A stretch of 64,000 nucleotides of DNA. It comes from Mobula hypostoma. Its lineage: Eukaryota. The stretch's first letter is position 1; every line of letters begins with the position of its first letter. The position numbers and the translations under genes were made by a program. Under the pieces are notes generated by a model. It did not search any database, was not told where the DNA came from, and saw only the letters and a program-made list of their open reading frames with translations. Shown in pieces: positions 1 to 12,042 of the stretch. The DNA is taken from contig NC_086097.1 of NCBI RefSeq assembly GCF_963921235.1, positions 157,048,001 to 157,112,000 on the forward strand, written 5' to 3'.

Positions 1-265
1 ATTAGCCTTCAGACCCAACAGCCTATCCAACACCATTTTCTGCCTAATGTGAATCTCCTTCAGTTCCTCCATTACCATAGGTCCTCCGGCCACTATTACA
101 CCTGGGAGATTGTTTGTGTCTTCCCTAGTGAAGACAGATCCAAAATACCTGTTCAGCTCGTCTGCCATTTCCTTGTTCCCCATAATAAATTCCCCATTTC
201 TGTCTTCAAGGGCCCAACTTTGGTCTTAACTAATTTTTTCCTCTTCACATACCTAAAGAAGCTTT

Positions 266-315
266 GTTGTGTTTTGCTTGAATTTCCAGCATCTGCAGAA
301 TTCCTCGTGTTTACG
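266..315 (+). mobile_element. Tiny Penelope-like terminal fragment inserted in the CR1
   Basis: gttgtgttttgcttgaatttccagcatctgcagaattcctcgtgttt resembles the end of the Penelope relic at ~41040-41065. It splits the host string aagaagc/ttttactatcc. Confidence 0.6.
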
Positions 316-747
316 TTTTACTATCCTCCTTTATATTCTTGGCTAGTTTGCCTTGGTATCTCATCTTTTCTCCCCGTATTGCCTTTTTAGTTATCCTCTG
401 TTGCTCTTTAAAAGTTTCCCAGTCCTCTGGCTTCCCGCTCATCTTTGCTATGTTATACTTCTTCTCTTTTATTTTTATACTGTCCTTGACTTCCCTTGTC
501 AGCCATTGTCACCCCTTAATCCCCTGAGAATCTTTCTTCTTCTTTGGAATGAACTGATCCTGCACCTTCTGTATTATTCCCAGAAATACCTGCCACTGTT
601 GTTCCACTGTTATCCTTGCTAGGGTATCTTTCCAGTAAACTTTGGCCAGCTCCTCCCTCATGGCTCCATAGTCCCCTTTGTTCAAATGTAACACTGACAC
701 TTCCAATTTTCCCTTCTCCCTCTCAAATTGTAGATTAAAACTTATCA

Positions 748-1383
748 AAAGATGGGAGGAGAAGATGGCGGCACGATGCAGCGCGCGCAGCTCTCTGGTG
801 AAATGATATTGTATTTGTAAGTAGGATGCTGTGCACAATTCTGATTTGATGGAGACAGACATGAGAAGCACAGAGGAACATCTTGAGAAACTTCTGAAAC
901 GCCCGGTTCGCTGCCGCTGCTAATGTGTGATCAAGATCTCCGGAGGGAAGGCCCCAAAATCCCTGGCTTTGTCTGCTGCTGGCGACCGGGGCTGGGATCG
1001 AAGTGTTCGGCAGAGATGGTGCTTGGTACTCGGTGTTGGAGGGCTGGTTGGAGGCTCGAAGTTTTCAGACGACTCAGAGTCGGACTGTGGTCGGGCATGG
1101 CAGGGAGAGTTTTCTTCCTTCTCCCGTCTGCGTGAGTTGTGGGACTTTCGAGAGACTTTGAACTTTCTTTTACTGTGCCTATGGCCTGTTCTTCATCAAG
1201 TTATGGTATTGTTTGCACTGTTGTAACTATATGTCATAATTATGCAGTTTTTGTTAGTTTTTCAGTCTTGGTCTGTCCTGTGTTTCTGTGATATCACACC
1301 GGAGGAATATTGTATCAATTATTAATGCATGCATTACTCAATGACAATAAAAGAGGACTGTGTGTCCTCATAATCTAATCTAA
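748..1383 (+). mobile_element. Non-autonomous SINE-like retroelement with GC-rich head and LINE-like 3' tail
   Basis: Interrupts the CR1 cleanly. Starts GGAGGAGAAGATGGCGGC and ends with AATGACAATAAA plus a (TAATC)n tail. The tail resembles the LINE 3' end at ~55240-55290. Confidence 0.75.
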
Positions 1384-1995
1384 TATTATGGTCACTACCT
1401 CCTAATGGCTCCTTTACCTCGAGTTCCCTTATCAAATCTGGTTCATTACACAACACTAAATTCAGAATTGCCTTCTCCCTGGTAGGTTCCAGTACAAGCT
1501 GCTCCAAGAATCCATCTCAGAGGCACTCCACAAACTCCCTTTCTTGGGGTCCAGTACCAACTTGATTTTCCCAGTCTACCTGCATGTTGAAGTCCCCCAT
1601 AACAACCGTAGCATTACCTTTGTGACATGCCAATTTTAACCCTTGATTCAACTTACACCCTACATCCAGACTACTGTTTGAGGGCCTGTAGATAACTCCC
1701 ATTAGGGTCTTTTTGCCCTTACAATTTCTCAGTACTATCCATACTGACTCTACATCTCTTGATTCTATGTCGCCCCTCACAAGGGACTGAATATCATTCC
1801 TCACCAACAGAGACACCCCACCCCCTCTTCCCACCTGTCTGTCCTTTCGAAAGGACGTATACCCTTGAATATTCATTTCCCAGCTCTGGTCCTCTTGCAG
1901 CCATGTCTCTGTTCAGCTAGGTACATTGTCTGCAGCAGCCATCTTCCGTCAGTTCACTTTCTTGAAGTATATATAGAGATCAAAGTAACAGGTGT

Positions 1996-2137
1996 AGAAC
2001 ATTGAACATAGAACATAGAATAGTACAGCACAGTACAGGCCTTTCGGCCCACAATGTTGTGCTGACCCTTAAACCCTGCCTCCCATATAACCCCCCACCT
2101 TAAATTCCTCCATATGCCTGTCTAGTGGTCTCTTAAA
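1996..2137 (-). mobile_element. CR1 3' tail, severely 5'-truncated
   Basis: (CATAGAA)n tail. Close reverse complement of the CR1 3' end at ~10848-10978. Confidence 0.85.
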
Positions 2138-2224
2138 AAAGGTATAATTAATACAATGAAAAATGTATAGGAGGAAGTAGAATGATTTAGGAAATATTTA
2201 TGCAAATGAACTGCTACAATAAAA

Positions 2225-2400
2225 GGAAATGCTCTAAGCAATCATTAAATCAGACAGCATCCATGGAAATAGAAAAAAAAACAACACTTCACATTGAAGA
2301 CACTATATCAGAATGAATGATTTGTCTAAGGTCTTCAACCTGAAACTTTGTTTCTCTCTCCGTAGTTGATTCCTGAACTATTGTGTGCTTCTAACTCTTG
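2225..2400. mobile_element. Degenerate Penelope-derived palindromic relic
   Basis: Similar layout to 41125-41300 and 56415-56520 (gtcttcaacctgaaac...tttctctctccgtagttgat...tgtgcttctaac). Confidence 0.4.
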
Positions 2401-2419
2401 GTCTATATTTACTTCAATG

Positions 2420-3000
2420 ACTATTTCATTAGGACTTTGAGGAGATTTGGTTTGTCAACTAAAACAATCAAAAACTTCTTCAAATGTACTGTGGAGAGCT
2501 TTTTAACTGGCTGCATCACCATCTGGTATGGGGCGGGGGGAGGTTCTACTGCACAAGATTGAAATAAATTACAGAATTAGTCACCTCTATCATGGGTGCT
2601 AGCCTCCATTGTATTCAAGACATCTTCAAGGAGCAGTTCTTTAGGAAAGTGGTGTCCCGTAAGTATCCCCACCAACCAGGATAAGCCTTCCTCATTGTTA
2701 CCGTCAGGAAGGAGTTACAGAAGCCTGAAGACACACATTCAGCAATTCAGGAACAGCTTCTTCCCCTCTTCCATCAGATTTCTAACTGGATATTGAACAC
2801 ATGAACACTACCTCACTACTTCTTTATTTCTGTTTTGGTTGTGCTACTTCTTTAGCTTAACTATTTAGTAGACATATATATATACTTAATGTAACTCAGT
2901 TTTTTCTCTGTATTTATCATATATTTCATTGTACTGCTGCCGTAAAGTGAACAAATTTCATGACATATGTCAGTGATATTAAATCTAATCGTGATTCTGA
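2420..3000 (+). mobile_element. Rex1/Babar-type LINE 3' fragment
   Basis: Translates to LLPSGRSYRSLKTHIQQFRNSFFPSSIRFL. Typical 3' UTR ending in a gattctga-type tail. Confidence 0.8.
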
Positions 3001-4315
3001 AATATTTACAGTATACTTTAATGTGGTCAAGTGTAAGGACAATGTCAAGAAACTGAAAGAGGGACAATCAGATTGGAGTTGGAATACTAACATTGGAACA
3101 GAAGAGATGGATACATTCATACACTAAGCCAAGATTTAGTTTAAATAGAGGGATCATCTGTCACTAAAGGAAGTAAAATATCAATCTTATTAAGTATTGG
3201 CTGATTCCTTATAGCAATTTTCATCTGGTACCTGATTGCATTTTACCTGAAAATCAATATATGCCATAATTAGCTTAGACACCCCTTAGATGTATAATGC
3301 CTACCTAAAACAAATTTCTTTTGGGCTGTAAATCTCAGTAATGTGTGGCAGTCTGTGGAGAATCACGCCCCTTCAATAAACCATTTTATATCTTGGAACT
3401 ACTTTTATTTCCCTTTATGTTCATACAAGCGTTCTTGGTATTTTTTCAATGTTAATAACATGGTGTTGATGGAAGTCTTGGTTGCTTTTGTTGTAGCAAT
3501 GCTCAAATTGCTTTCTGTATTATAGATGTTACTGCTTTTACTTCTGCAGATGCTAAACTCACAAGGCAATAATTCCCAGTGTCATACTTCTCATCTTTTC
3601 TGCTTTGAATTCAAATACCAGATATTTTTTGGTCTTCAGGTACCAATCTAGTATTCAATGAGCTGTGAACTAATTGAGCAATAGCATATTTCTATTTCCA
3701 TTTCCAAAGCATTATTTTAGCCTCACTTTTTATAGTATTCTTCGGTACATCCCAGCCGATCTCTTACAATAGTCACATGTGGCAGATATTGCAAAACAAA
3801 TTGTTTATTAGAGCTAACTTTCTCTATGATAAGGGTTGCCAAAAAGAATGGACTTGAGAGTATACCATTTTCTAATTTAAAACAGAAGTACATTTTCTAT
3901 TGATCCTATCAATTCCCTGCTGATGCTCTCTTGTTATTTCTCTTTTATCTCTTTAAGTTTTACCCATCTGAACCTTACTACAGTTGTGTTTTTCTCACAC
4001 AACAGTTCATGTAGTATTTCGCACTGTTTTACTTTCCCAGTCTAACGTTTTGTTCTAATTTGCTAACTTTCTACATGTTTTTTAAGTATATTTCCCACTA
4101 TTTGCAACAGCAAATTGCTTCGATTACTATCAACATACATGAAAAGACACCATTTAAACTCTCCATGTATCCTGTCCCTTTCAAGCAACCAGCTATCACA
4201 CTTCTTAATAGAAAACATTGAAACACTGAATGGCTTCTAAGAGCCACACAGTCAAAGATGTGCAGGTACTGTTGCCTTGTAACAGCATCACAATTTCGCA
4301 GAGCAAGCTTTCACT

Positions 4316-6810
4316 AACATAAGACCATAAGACAAAGGAGCAGAAGTCAGCCATTCGGCCCATCGAGTCTGCTCTGCCATTTTATCATGAGCTGATCCAT
4401 TCTCCCATTTAGTCCCACTCCCCCACCTTCTCACCATAACCTTTGATGCCCTGGCTACTCAGATACCTATCAATCTCTGCCTTAAATACACCCAATGACT
4501 TGGCCTCCACTGCTACCCGTGGCAACAAATTCCATAGATTCACCGCCCTCTGACGAAAAAAATTCCTTCACATTTCTGTTCTGAATGGGCGCCCTTCAAT
4601 CCTTAAGTCATGCCCTCTCGTACTGGACTCCCCCATCATGGGAAACAACTTTGCCACATCCACTCTGTCCATGCCTTTCAACATTTGTAATGTTTCTATG
4701 AGGTCTCCCCTCATTCTTCTAAACTCCAAGGAATACAGTCCAAGAGCGGACAAATGTTCCTCATATGTTAACCCTCTCATTCCCGGAATCATTCTAGTGA
4801 ATCTTCTCTGTACCCTCTCCAACGTCAGCACATCCTTTCTTAAATAAGGAGACCAAAACTACCCACAGTACTCCAAGTGAGGTCTCAGCAGCGCCTTATA
4901 GAGCCTCAACATCACATCCCTGCTCCTATACTCTATTCGTCTAGAAATGAATGCCAACATTGCATTTGCCTTCTTCACTACTGACTCAACCTGGAGGTTA
5001 ACCTTAAGGGTATCCTGCACGAGGACTCCCAAGTCCCGTTGCATCTCACTTCTTTCTAATGATCTAATATCATTTTTTACCAATAAAGCCACGTCTCCCC
5101 CTCTGCCTACCTTCCTATCCTTCTGATACACCGTGTATCCTTGGACGTTCAGCTCCCAGAGACATGCATCCTTTAGCCAGGTCTCAGTGATGGCCACAAT
5201 ATCATACCTGCCAATATGTAGCTGTACGACAAGATCATCCACCTTATTCCTTATGCTGTGTGCATTTAAGTATAACACCTTAAGACCAGTATTTGGTACT
5301 TTTCACGTTGATTTCACTGCAACTCATCCCAATGGCTACAAATTTGCCCCAACACCTGCCTGTCTTTTCTGACATCTTTACTGCTCACTATCTTAGATTT
5401 ATTTCTGTTTTCCCCTTCCTCTGCTCTATCATTCTGGCTCCCATCCCCCTGCCAAATTAGTTTAAACCCTCTCTAACAGCTCTATTAAACTTTCCTGCCA
5501 GGACATTGGTCCCCCTTGGGTTCAGGTGTAACCTGTCCATTTTGAACAGGTCATACTTCCCCCAGAAGAGATCCCAATTATCCAAGAATCTGAAGCCCTG
5601 CCCCCTGCACCAGTCTCTCAGCCACGCATTCATCTGCCTGATCCTACTATTTTTGCCCTCACTAGCATGTGGCACAGGTAGCAATCCCAAGATTACTACC
5701 CTGGAGGTCCTGCTTCTCAGCTTCCTTCCTAACTCTCAGAAATCCCTCTTCAGGACCTCCTCCTTTGTCCTATCCATGTCATTGGTACCAACATGTACCA
5801 AGACAACTGGCTGCTCACCCTCCCCCTTCAGAATATTCTGGACCCGATCCAAGACATCCTGTACCCTGGCACCTGGGAGGCAACACACCATGCGGGTATC
5901 TCTATCAGACTCACAGAATCTTCTGTCCGTTCCTTTGACTATGGAATCCCCTATGACTACCGCATTCCTCTTCTCCCTCCTTCCCTCCTGCACAAGAGCA
6001 CCAGGCTCAGTGCCAGAGACCCGGTCACCGTGGGCGTCCCCTGTCAGGTCATCCCCCTCAACAGCATCCAGAACAAGATATTTGTTGCTGAAGGGGACAG
6101 CCACAGGTGTGCTCTCCACTATCCGGGCATTTTCCTTCCCTCTCTTGACAGTGACCCAGTTTTCTGACCCCTGTATCCTAGGGATGACTACCTCCCCGTA
6201 GCTCCTGTCTATCACCTCTTCACTTTCCCTGATAAGCAGTAGGTCATCAAGCTGCAGCTCCAGATCCCTACACGGTCTCTGAGGAGCTGCATCTCGGTGC
6301 ACCTGGCGCAGATGTGGCCATCAGGGAGGCTGGAGGTCTCCCAGGATTCCCACATCTGACACCCTGAACAAAGCACTAACCCTGCAGGCATGCTATCTAA
6401 TTCTACAGGAATAAAACAGGAAAAATAAGTCTACTCACCCACTTACCTCACCAAACAGACGAACTTTTTAAACCGTTAGCTCGTACCGTTAGCTGTGAGA
6501 ACCCTGCTGTTCCTGTCTGTCTGAGCCAATTTGCAAAAGGGGGGAGGGAAGAAAAAAAAGAGTTGGTTCTTCGCTCTTGCCTCTTCCCGTTTACTGCCGA
6601 AGTCTGTTGAAGCCAAAGCCCTACACTCTGCTACCACTCACTCCGCTGCCCGCTCTGACAACTGCCCGCTGTATAGGGTGGTCTCCTTTTTAAACTCTCC
6701 GCGCTGTCCTGTTACATCACGCGCCTGCACAGTGTCATCCTTCTTGCACTCGAAGAAGTTTTTAAAGAAACTGCCTTCCTTCAGAATTCAGCTCCCACGC
6801 CGCTCTGTAG
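4316..6810 (-). mobile_element. CR1 LINE keeping 5'UTR, ORF1 and 3' tail, with a large internal ORF2 deletion at ~5047
   Basis: Tail aacataagaccataagac; RT C-terminus LERVQRRFTRMIPG; EN start YLNAHSIRNK..ITETWL; ORF1 esterase VVIGDSIV..VHVGTND; CpG-rich 5'UTR. Confidence 0.92.
5457..6392 (-). pseudogene. CR1 ORF1 (N-terminal Cys-rich motif plus SGNH/GDSL esterase-like domain), disrupted
   Basis: ORFs 5736..6302 and 5457..5690 carry GDS, HVGTND and D.LHLN..G motifs, split by lesions. Confidence 0.85.
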
Positions 6811-7069
6811 TCCCGATCCAAAAGCAGTGAGATAAAGAGCAGATCATTGGCTTTAGTGATGTTGGTTGATAAATAAAGTCTGCCGAGCAAACAAAAGTGG
6901 AAGCTGCTGTTCTGCTGTAGAGCAGTTTTTTTTACAACCACCAAGGACAACTCAAGCATTCTGCCAGTTAAATGAAACAAATAAAAGGCATTTCTTTGCA
7001 GTCATATTACTATAGAAATCTGAGTATAATGAGTATGATCTGAGAACAAGTTGTGCTTAGAAAAAAGGG

Positions 7070-7800
7070 TGACCTCAATAATAATACTGTATACCACTTT
7101 GGATACTGTTGGGGGAGAACGACCTATTGGGGAAAACCACAGCTACTTGAAGTCTGGCACTGAGTCCAATTCTGTGACTCAGAAGTGTTCAGAAGGGAAG
7201 TGAAGGGGGGCAGGGAGAAGACAAGAGTAGAAGTGATAGGTGATTTCATAATTAGAGGAGCAGACAGGACATTCTGTGGGAGTGAAAAAGAGACCCACAT
7301 GGTATGTTGCCTCTCAGGTTCCAGGGTCATAGACATCTCGGATCGGGTCCATAGTATTCTAAATGGGGAGGGTGAACAGTCAGAAGTCATGGTACATATT
7401 GGCACCAACAACATAGGTAGGGAAAGGGAGGAGGTCCTGAAAAGATAATATAGGGAGTTGAGTCAAGACCTGCAAGGTAGTGGTATCTGGTTTGCTGCCT
7501 GTGCCACATGCCAGTGAGAGTGATTTGGCAGATGAATGCATGGTTGAAGAATTGGTGCAGGAGGCAGGGGACAGTGCTTCGGATTTCTGGATCATCGGGA
7601 TCTCTTCTGAGGAAGGACTGACCTGTACAAAAACATGAGGGGAACCAATATCCTTGCAGACAGGTTTTCTAGAACTGTTGGAGAGGGTTGAAAATAATTC
7701 AGCAGGGAGTCAGGAACCAGAGTGATAGGGCTAATGATGGGGCATTTGGTATGTACTGTAAGTAGATGTAGTGAGACTGTGAGGAAGGACAGGCAGGTGA
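7070..7800 (+). mobile_element. Degenerate CR1 ORF1 esterase fragment
   Basis: ORF 7185..7448 reads VIGDFIIRGADRTFC...VHIGTNN. Confidence 0.85.
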
Positions 7801-10800
7801 TTTTTCTTGGTGGTTGATCGGGACAGGACTGCGAAAGCGCGTGTAAGTTGGTCCATGAGACAGCGGGAGTATTTAAAAGAGAGCAGTTTGACGGAGCAGG
7901 CGACAGAGTAGAGGGCGACAGAGTAGGAAGGCTTTGTCTCGAGAGGCTTCGGGGAGCAGAGGCTGAGGACGAGCTTCACTCCAAGAGAGGTAAGGCCGGG
8001 TAAGTTCCTTTAAAAGGAGAACGGTCTGCAGCAGTATTTTATTTGAAGCAAGGAAGGTGGCGAGGCTGTAGCGTATTGGGTAGGTCATGACAGCCGAGAT
8101 CGGCCCCGTGGTTTGTTCATCCTGCAGCATGTGGGAAATCAGGGATACCTCCAGTGTCCCTGACGACTATGTGTGCAGGAAATGTGTCCAGCTGCAGCTT
8201 CTGGCAGACTGCATTGAGCAGCTGGAGCTGCGACTGGATTCATTCTGGAGCATTCCCGATGCTGAGAAAGCTGTGAATGGCACGTTCAGTGAGTTGACCA
8301 CACCGCAGGTAAAGGCTACGCAGGCAGAAAGGGAATGGGTGGCCACTAAACAGCGTAGCAGTAGGCAGGTAGTGCAAGAGTCTCCTGAGGTCATCTCCCT
8401 CCTAAACAGATAAACTGTTTTGGATACTGTTGGGCGAGATGTCTCATCAGGGGAAGGCAGCAGCAGCCGAGTTCATGGCACCATGGGTGGCTCTGCGGCA
8501 CAGGAGGGAAGGAAAAGGAGTGGGAGAGCTATAGTGATAGGGGATTTGATTGTAAGAGGAATAGATAGGCGTTTCTACGGCTGCAAACGAGACTCCAGGA
8601 GGGTATGTTGTCTCCCTGGTGCAAGGGTCAAGGATGTCTCTGAGCGGCTGCAGGACATTCTGGAGTGGGAGGGTGAACAGCCAGTGGTCATGGTGCACAT
8701 AGGTACCAACGATATAGGTAAAAAATGGGATGAGGTCCTACAAGGTGAATTTAGGGAGTTAGGAGATAAACTAAAAAGTAGGCCACAAAGGTAATAATCT
8801 CTGGATTACTACCAGTGCCACGTGCTAGTCAGAGTAGAAATAGGAGCATATTTCAGATGAATACATGGCTTGAAAAATGGTGCAAGGTGGAGGGATTCAA
8901 ATTTCTGGGGCATTGGAACCAGCTCTGGAGGAGGTGGGACCGGTACAAAGAGGACGGTCTGCACCTGGGCTGGACTGGAACCAATGTCCTAGGGGGAGCG
9001 TTTGCTACTGTTGTTCAGGAGGATTTAAACTAATGTGGCAGGGGGATGGGAACAAGTGCAGAGAGACAGAGGGGTGTAAAATGAGGGTAGAAGCAAAAAG
9101 TAGTAAGGTGAAAAGTAAAAATGGCAGGCCAGCAAATCCAGGGCAAAAATCAAAAAGGGCCACTTTTCCACATAATTGTATAAGGGCTAAGAGTGTTGTA
9201 AAAGCGAGCCTGAAGGCTTTGTGTGGCAATGCAAGGAACATTCGTAACAAGGTGGATGAATTGAATGTGCAGATAGTTATTAATGAATATGATATAGTTG
9301 GGATCACAGAGACATGGCTCCAGGGTGACCAAGGATGGGAGCTCAACATTCAGGGATATTCAATATTCAGGAGGAATAGACATGAAAGAGAGGGAGGTGG
9401 GGTGGGATTGCTGGTTAGAGAGAAGATTAACGCAATAAAAAGGAAAGACATTAGCCGGGAGGATGCGGAATCGATATGGGGAGAGCCGCATAACACTAAG
9501 GGGCAGAAAACCCTGGTGGGAGTTGTGTACAGGCCACCTAACAGTAGTAGTGAGGTTGGGGATGGCATTAAACAGGAAATTAGAAATGCGTACAATAAAG
9601 GAACAGCAGTTATAATGAGTGACTTCAACCTACCTATAGATTGGGTGAACCAAATTGGTAAGGGTGCTGAGGAAGAGGATTTCTTGGAATGTATGCGGGA
9701 TAGTTTTCTGAACCAACATGTTGAGGAACCAACTAGAGAGCAGGCCATTCTGGACTGGGTATTGAGGAATGAGGAAGGGTTAGTTAGCAATTTTGTCATG
9801 CGAGGCCCCTTGAGTAAGAGTGACCATAATATGGTGGAATTCTTCATTAAGATGGAGAGTGACATAGTTAATTCAGAAACAAAGGTTCTGAATTTAAAGA
9901 ACGGTAACTTTGAAGGTATGAGATGTGAATTAGCTAAGATAGACTGGCAAATGATACTTAAAGGGTTGACGGTGGATATGCAATGGCAAGCATTTAAAGA
10001 TCGCATGGATGAACTACAACAATTGTTCATCCCAGTTTGGCAAAAGAATAAACCAGGGAAGGTAGTGCACCCATGGCTGACAAGGGAAATTAGGGATAGT
10101 ATCAATTCCAAAGAAGAAATATACAAATTAGCCAGAAAAAGCAGCACACCTGAGGACTGGGAGAAATTCAGAGTCCAGCAGAGGAGGACAAAGGGCTTAA
10201 TTAGGAAAGGGAAAAAAGATTATGAGAGAAAGCTGGCAGGGAACATAAAAACTGACTGTAAAAGCTTTTATAGATATGCAAAAAGAAAAAGATTGGTTAA
10301 GACAAACAGGTGAATTGACCATGGGAAACAAGGACATGGCAGACCAATTGAATAACTTCTTTGGTTCTGCCTTCACTAAGCAGGACATAAATAATCTTCC
10401 AGAAATAGTAGGGGACCGAGGGTCTAGTGAGATGGAGGAACTGAGGGAAATACATGTTAGTAGGGAAGTGTCCAGTTCTGGTCGCCTCACGATAGGAAGG
10501 ATGTGGAAGCATTGTAAAGGGTACAGAGGAGATTTACCAGGATGCTGCCTGGTTTAGAGAGTATGCATTATGATCAGAGATTAAGGGAGCTAGGGCTTTA
10601 CTCTTTGGAGAGAAGGGGGATGAGAAGAGACATGATAGCGGTGTACAAGGTATTAAGAGCAATAGATAGAGTGAATAGCCAGCGCCTCTTCCCCAGGATA
10701 CCACTGCTCAATACAAGAGGACATGGCTTTAAGGTAAAGGGTGGGAAGTTCAAGGGGGATATTAGAGGAAGGTTTTTTACTCAGAGAGTGGTTGGTGCGT

Positions 10801-10978
10801 GGAATGCACTGCCTGAGTCAGTGGTGGAGGCAGATCACTAGTGAAGTTTAAGAGACCACTAGACTGGTATATAGAGGAATTTAAGTTGGGGGCTTATATG
10901 GGAGGCAGGGTTTGAGGGTCAGCACAACATTGTGGGCCGAAGGGCTTGTACTGTGCTGTACTATTCTATGTTCTATGT
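7800..10978 (+). mobile_element. CR1 LINE with 5'UTR, ORF1, EN and 3' tail; RT core deleted (junction ~10468-10470)
   Basis: ORF1 pieces 8087..8413 (CSSC..CRKC), 8420..8794 and 8815..9033. ORF 8877..10313 has EN motifs ITETWL, YRPP, SDHN. Abrupt jump to the RT C-terminus (MLPGLESMHYDQRLRELGLYSLERR). Tail ttctatgttctatg. Confidence 0.93.
8877..10313 (+). pseudogene. CR1 ORF2 N-terminal part (APE endonuclease plus linker), truncated before the RT
   Basis: 478-aa open frame with NARNIRNK, GITETWL, VYRPP, SDFN, ILDWVL, SDHN. The first ~50 aa overlap ORF1 and are probably not genuine ORF2. Confidence 0.85.
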
Positions 10979-11225
10979 TTATATATTTGAGTGGCATGCT
11001 TAAGTTTTGGAGACTCTACAGTATCAAAATGTATTGCAGATTGAGAAATAATTTGTTACAAGTGGCAGAACATTATTTTAAACGGTAACTCCTTAATTAT
11101 CTGTTTATTACAACTCTTTCTGCATGCCAGATATTTTGCTACAGTAAAGAATTTTGTCACATTTTGAGTTATAAACGGTGTTATTTTATGCAAGTTTTAG
11201 GTTTCTTAATTCACTATTTTCATAG

Positions 11226-12042
11226 TGTCACGTACCCCGTGACGGGTTAAAGAACCAGCAGAAATGGAAAACACTTTGGAGTCCAGTATTGCTGTTAACT
11301 AATGGTATTTATTAGTAACTACTCAATACAGTAATATAAATGCAGATATATAAAACAAGTTAGCAATGACTATATATAAGTAAGTGTGGAAATATATGAA
11401 AACCAAGCTTCTTCAAGCCTAGGGGTAAATAGATAGTCTTACGATGATGAATAAAGTTCAGTTCAGTTCGTGGTATTGAGTTGAGTAGTGATGGAGAGAG
11501 AGAGAGAGAGAGAGAGATTTGAGTCTTCAGGTGAGTTGACACCGTTGATCTTTCCGTTATCCTCCGAAATCCTTTAGAAGTCACCGACTGTGACCACAAC
11601 AAAGGGGGCCATTCTTCTGTGGTGGAATTATCAACCCAGGCGTGGGTTGGACACAAAATAACTCCCCACCAGTCATGCCCTTTTCACATTGCAAGAGCCA
11701 CTGATTGATCCACCTGATTGATCCTCCAAAACCCACTTTTTCTGTGGGCACAACAAAGCTCATTCAGTGTCTAAAACCATGTGTCTCTAGGTCTATCATC
11801 TGACCATCTATTTATCTCACCGTGCTGAATACCAACGGTCTCTCAAACAGCTACTCCCTTCCCTCTCTGTAAGTATTTCCAAGCAGGCAGCGTCCTTGTA
11901 GAAAGTATAAACCATCTGTGAGCAGTCTTCGCCTCTCTCTCTCTTTCTTTCTCTCTCTTTTTTAACAAGGTGTTTGTGTTGGGCACCTCTCTCTCTCTTT
12001 TTAAAAGCACAGTTCGTAGGGGTAATTCAGGACCCCATCACA
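11226..12042 (-). mobile_element. Solo LTR (Gypsy- or ERV-like)
   Basis: TGTCA...TCACA termini; flanks ATAG/ACAG (4-bp TSD, one mismatch); AATAAA on the minus strand near 11308-11313. Its terminal ~60 bp resemble the U5 end of the LTR at 16433-17369. Confidence 0.85.

Larger units (their letters stand above)
1..1915 (-). mobile_element. CR1 LINE ORF2 fragment (APE endonuclease plus linker), interrupted by insertions at ~266-315 and 748-1383
   Basis: ORF 1517..1876 has APE motifs (IYRP, GDFN). ORF 509..871 has the CR1 linker. Removing 748-1383 restores AGT GAC CAT AAT ATG ATA AGT TTT AAT CTA = SDHNMISFNL. Confidence 0.9.

Noticed and set aside
5506..6201. 231-aa plus-strand ORF (also the 265-aa ORF 9350..10147 and the 214-aa ORF 60194..60838)
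   Set aside because: These are antisense shadows of CR1 ORF1/ORF2 frames with no independent evidence of coding.
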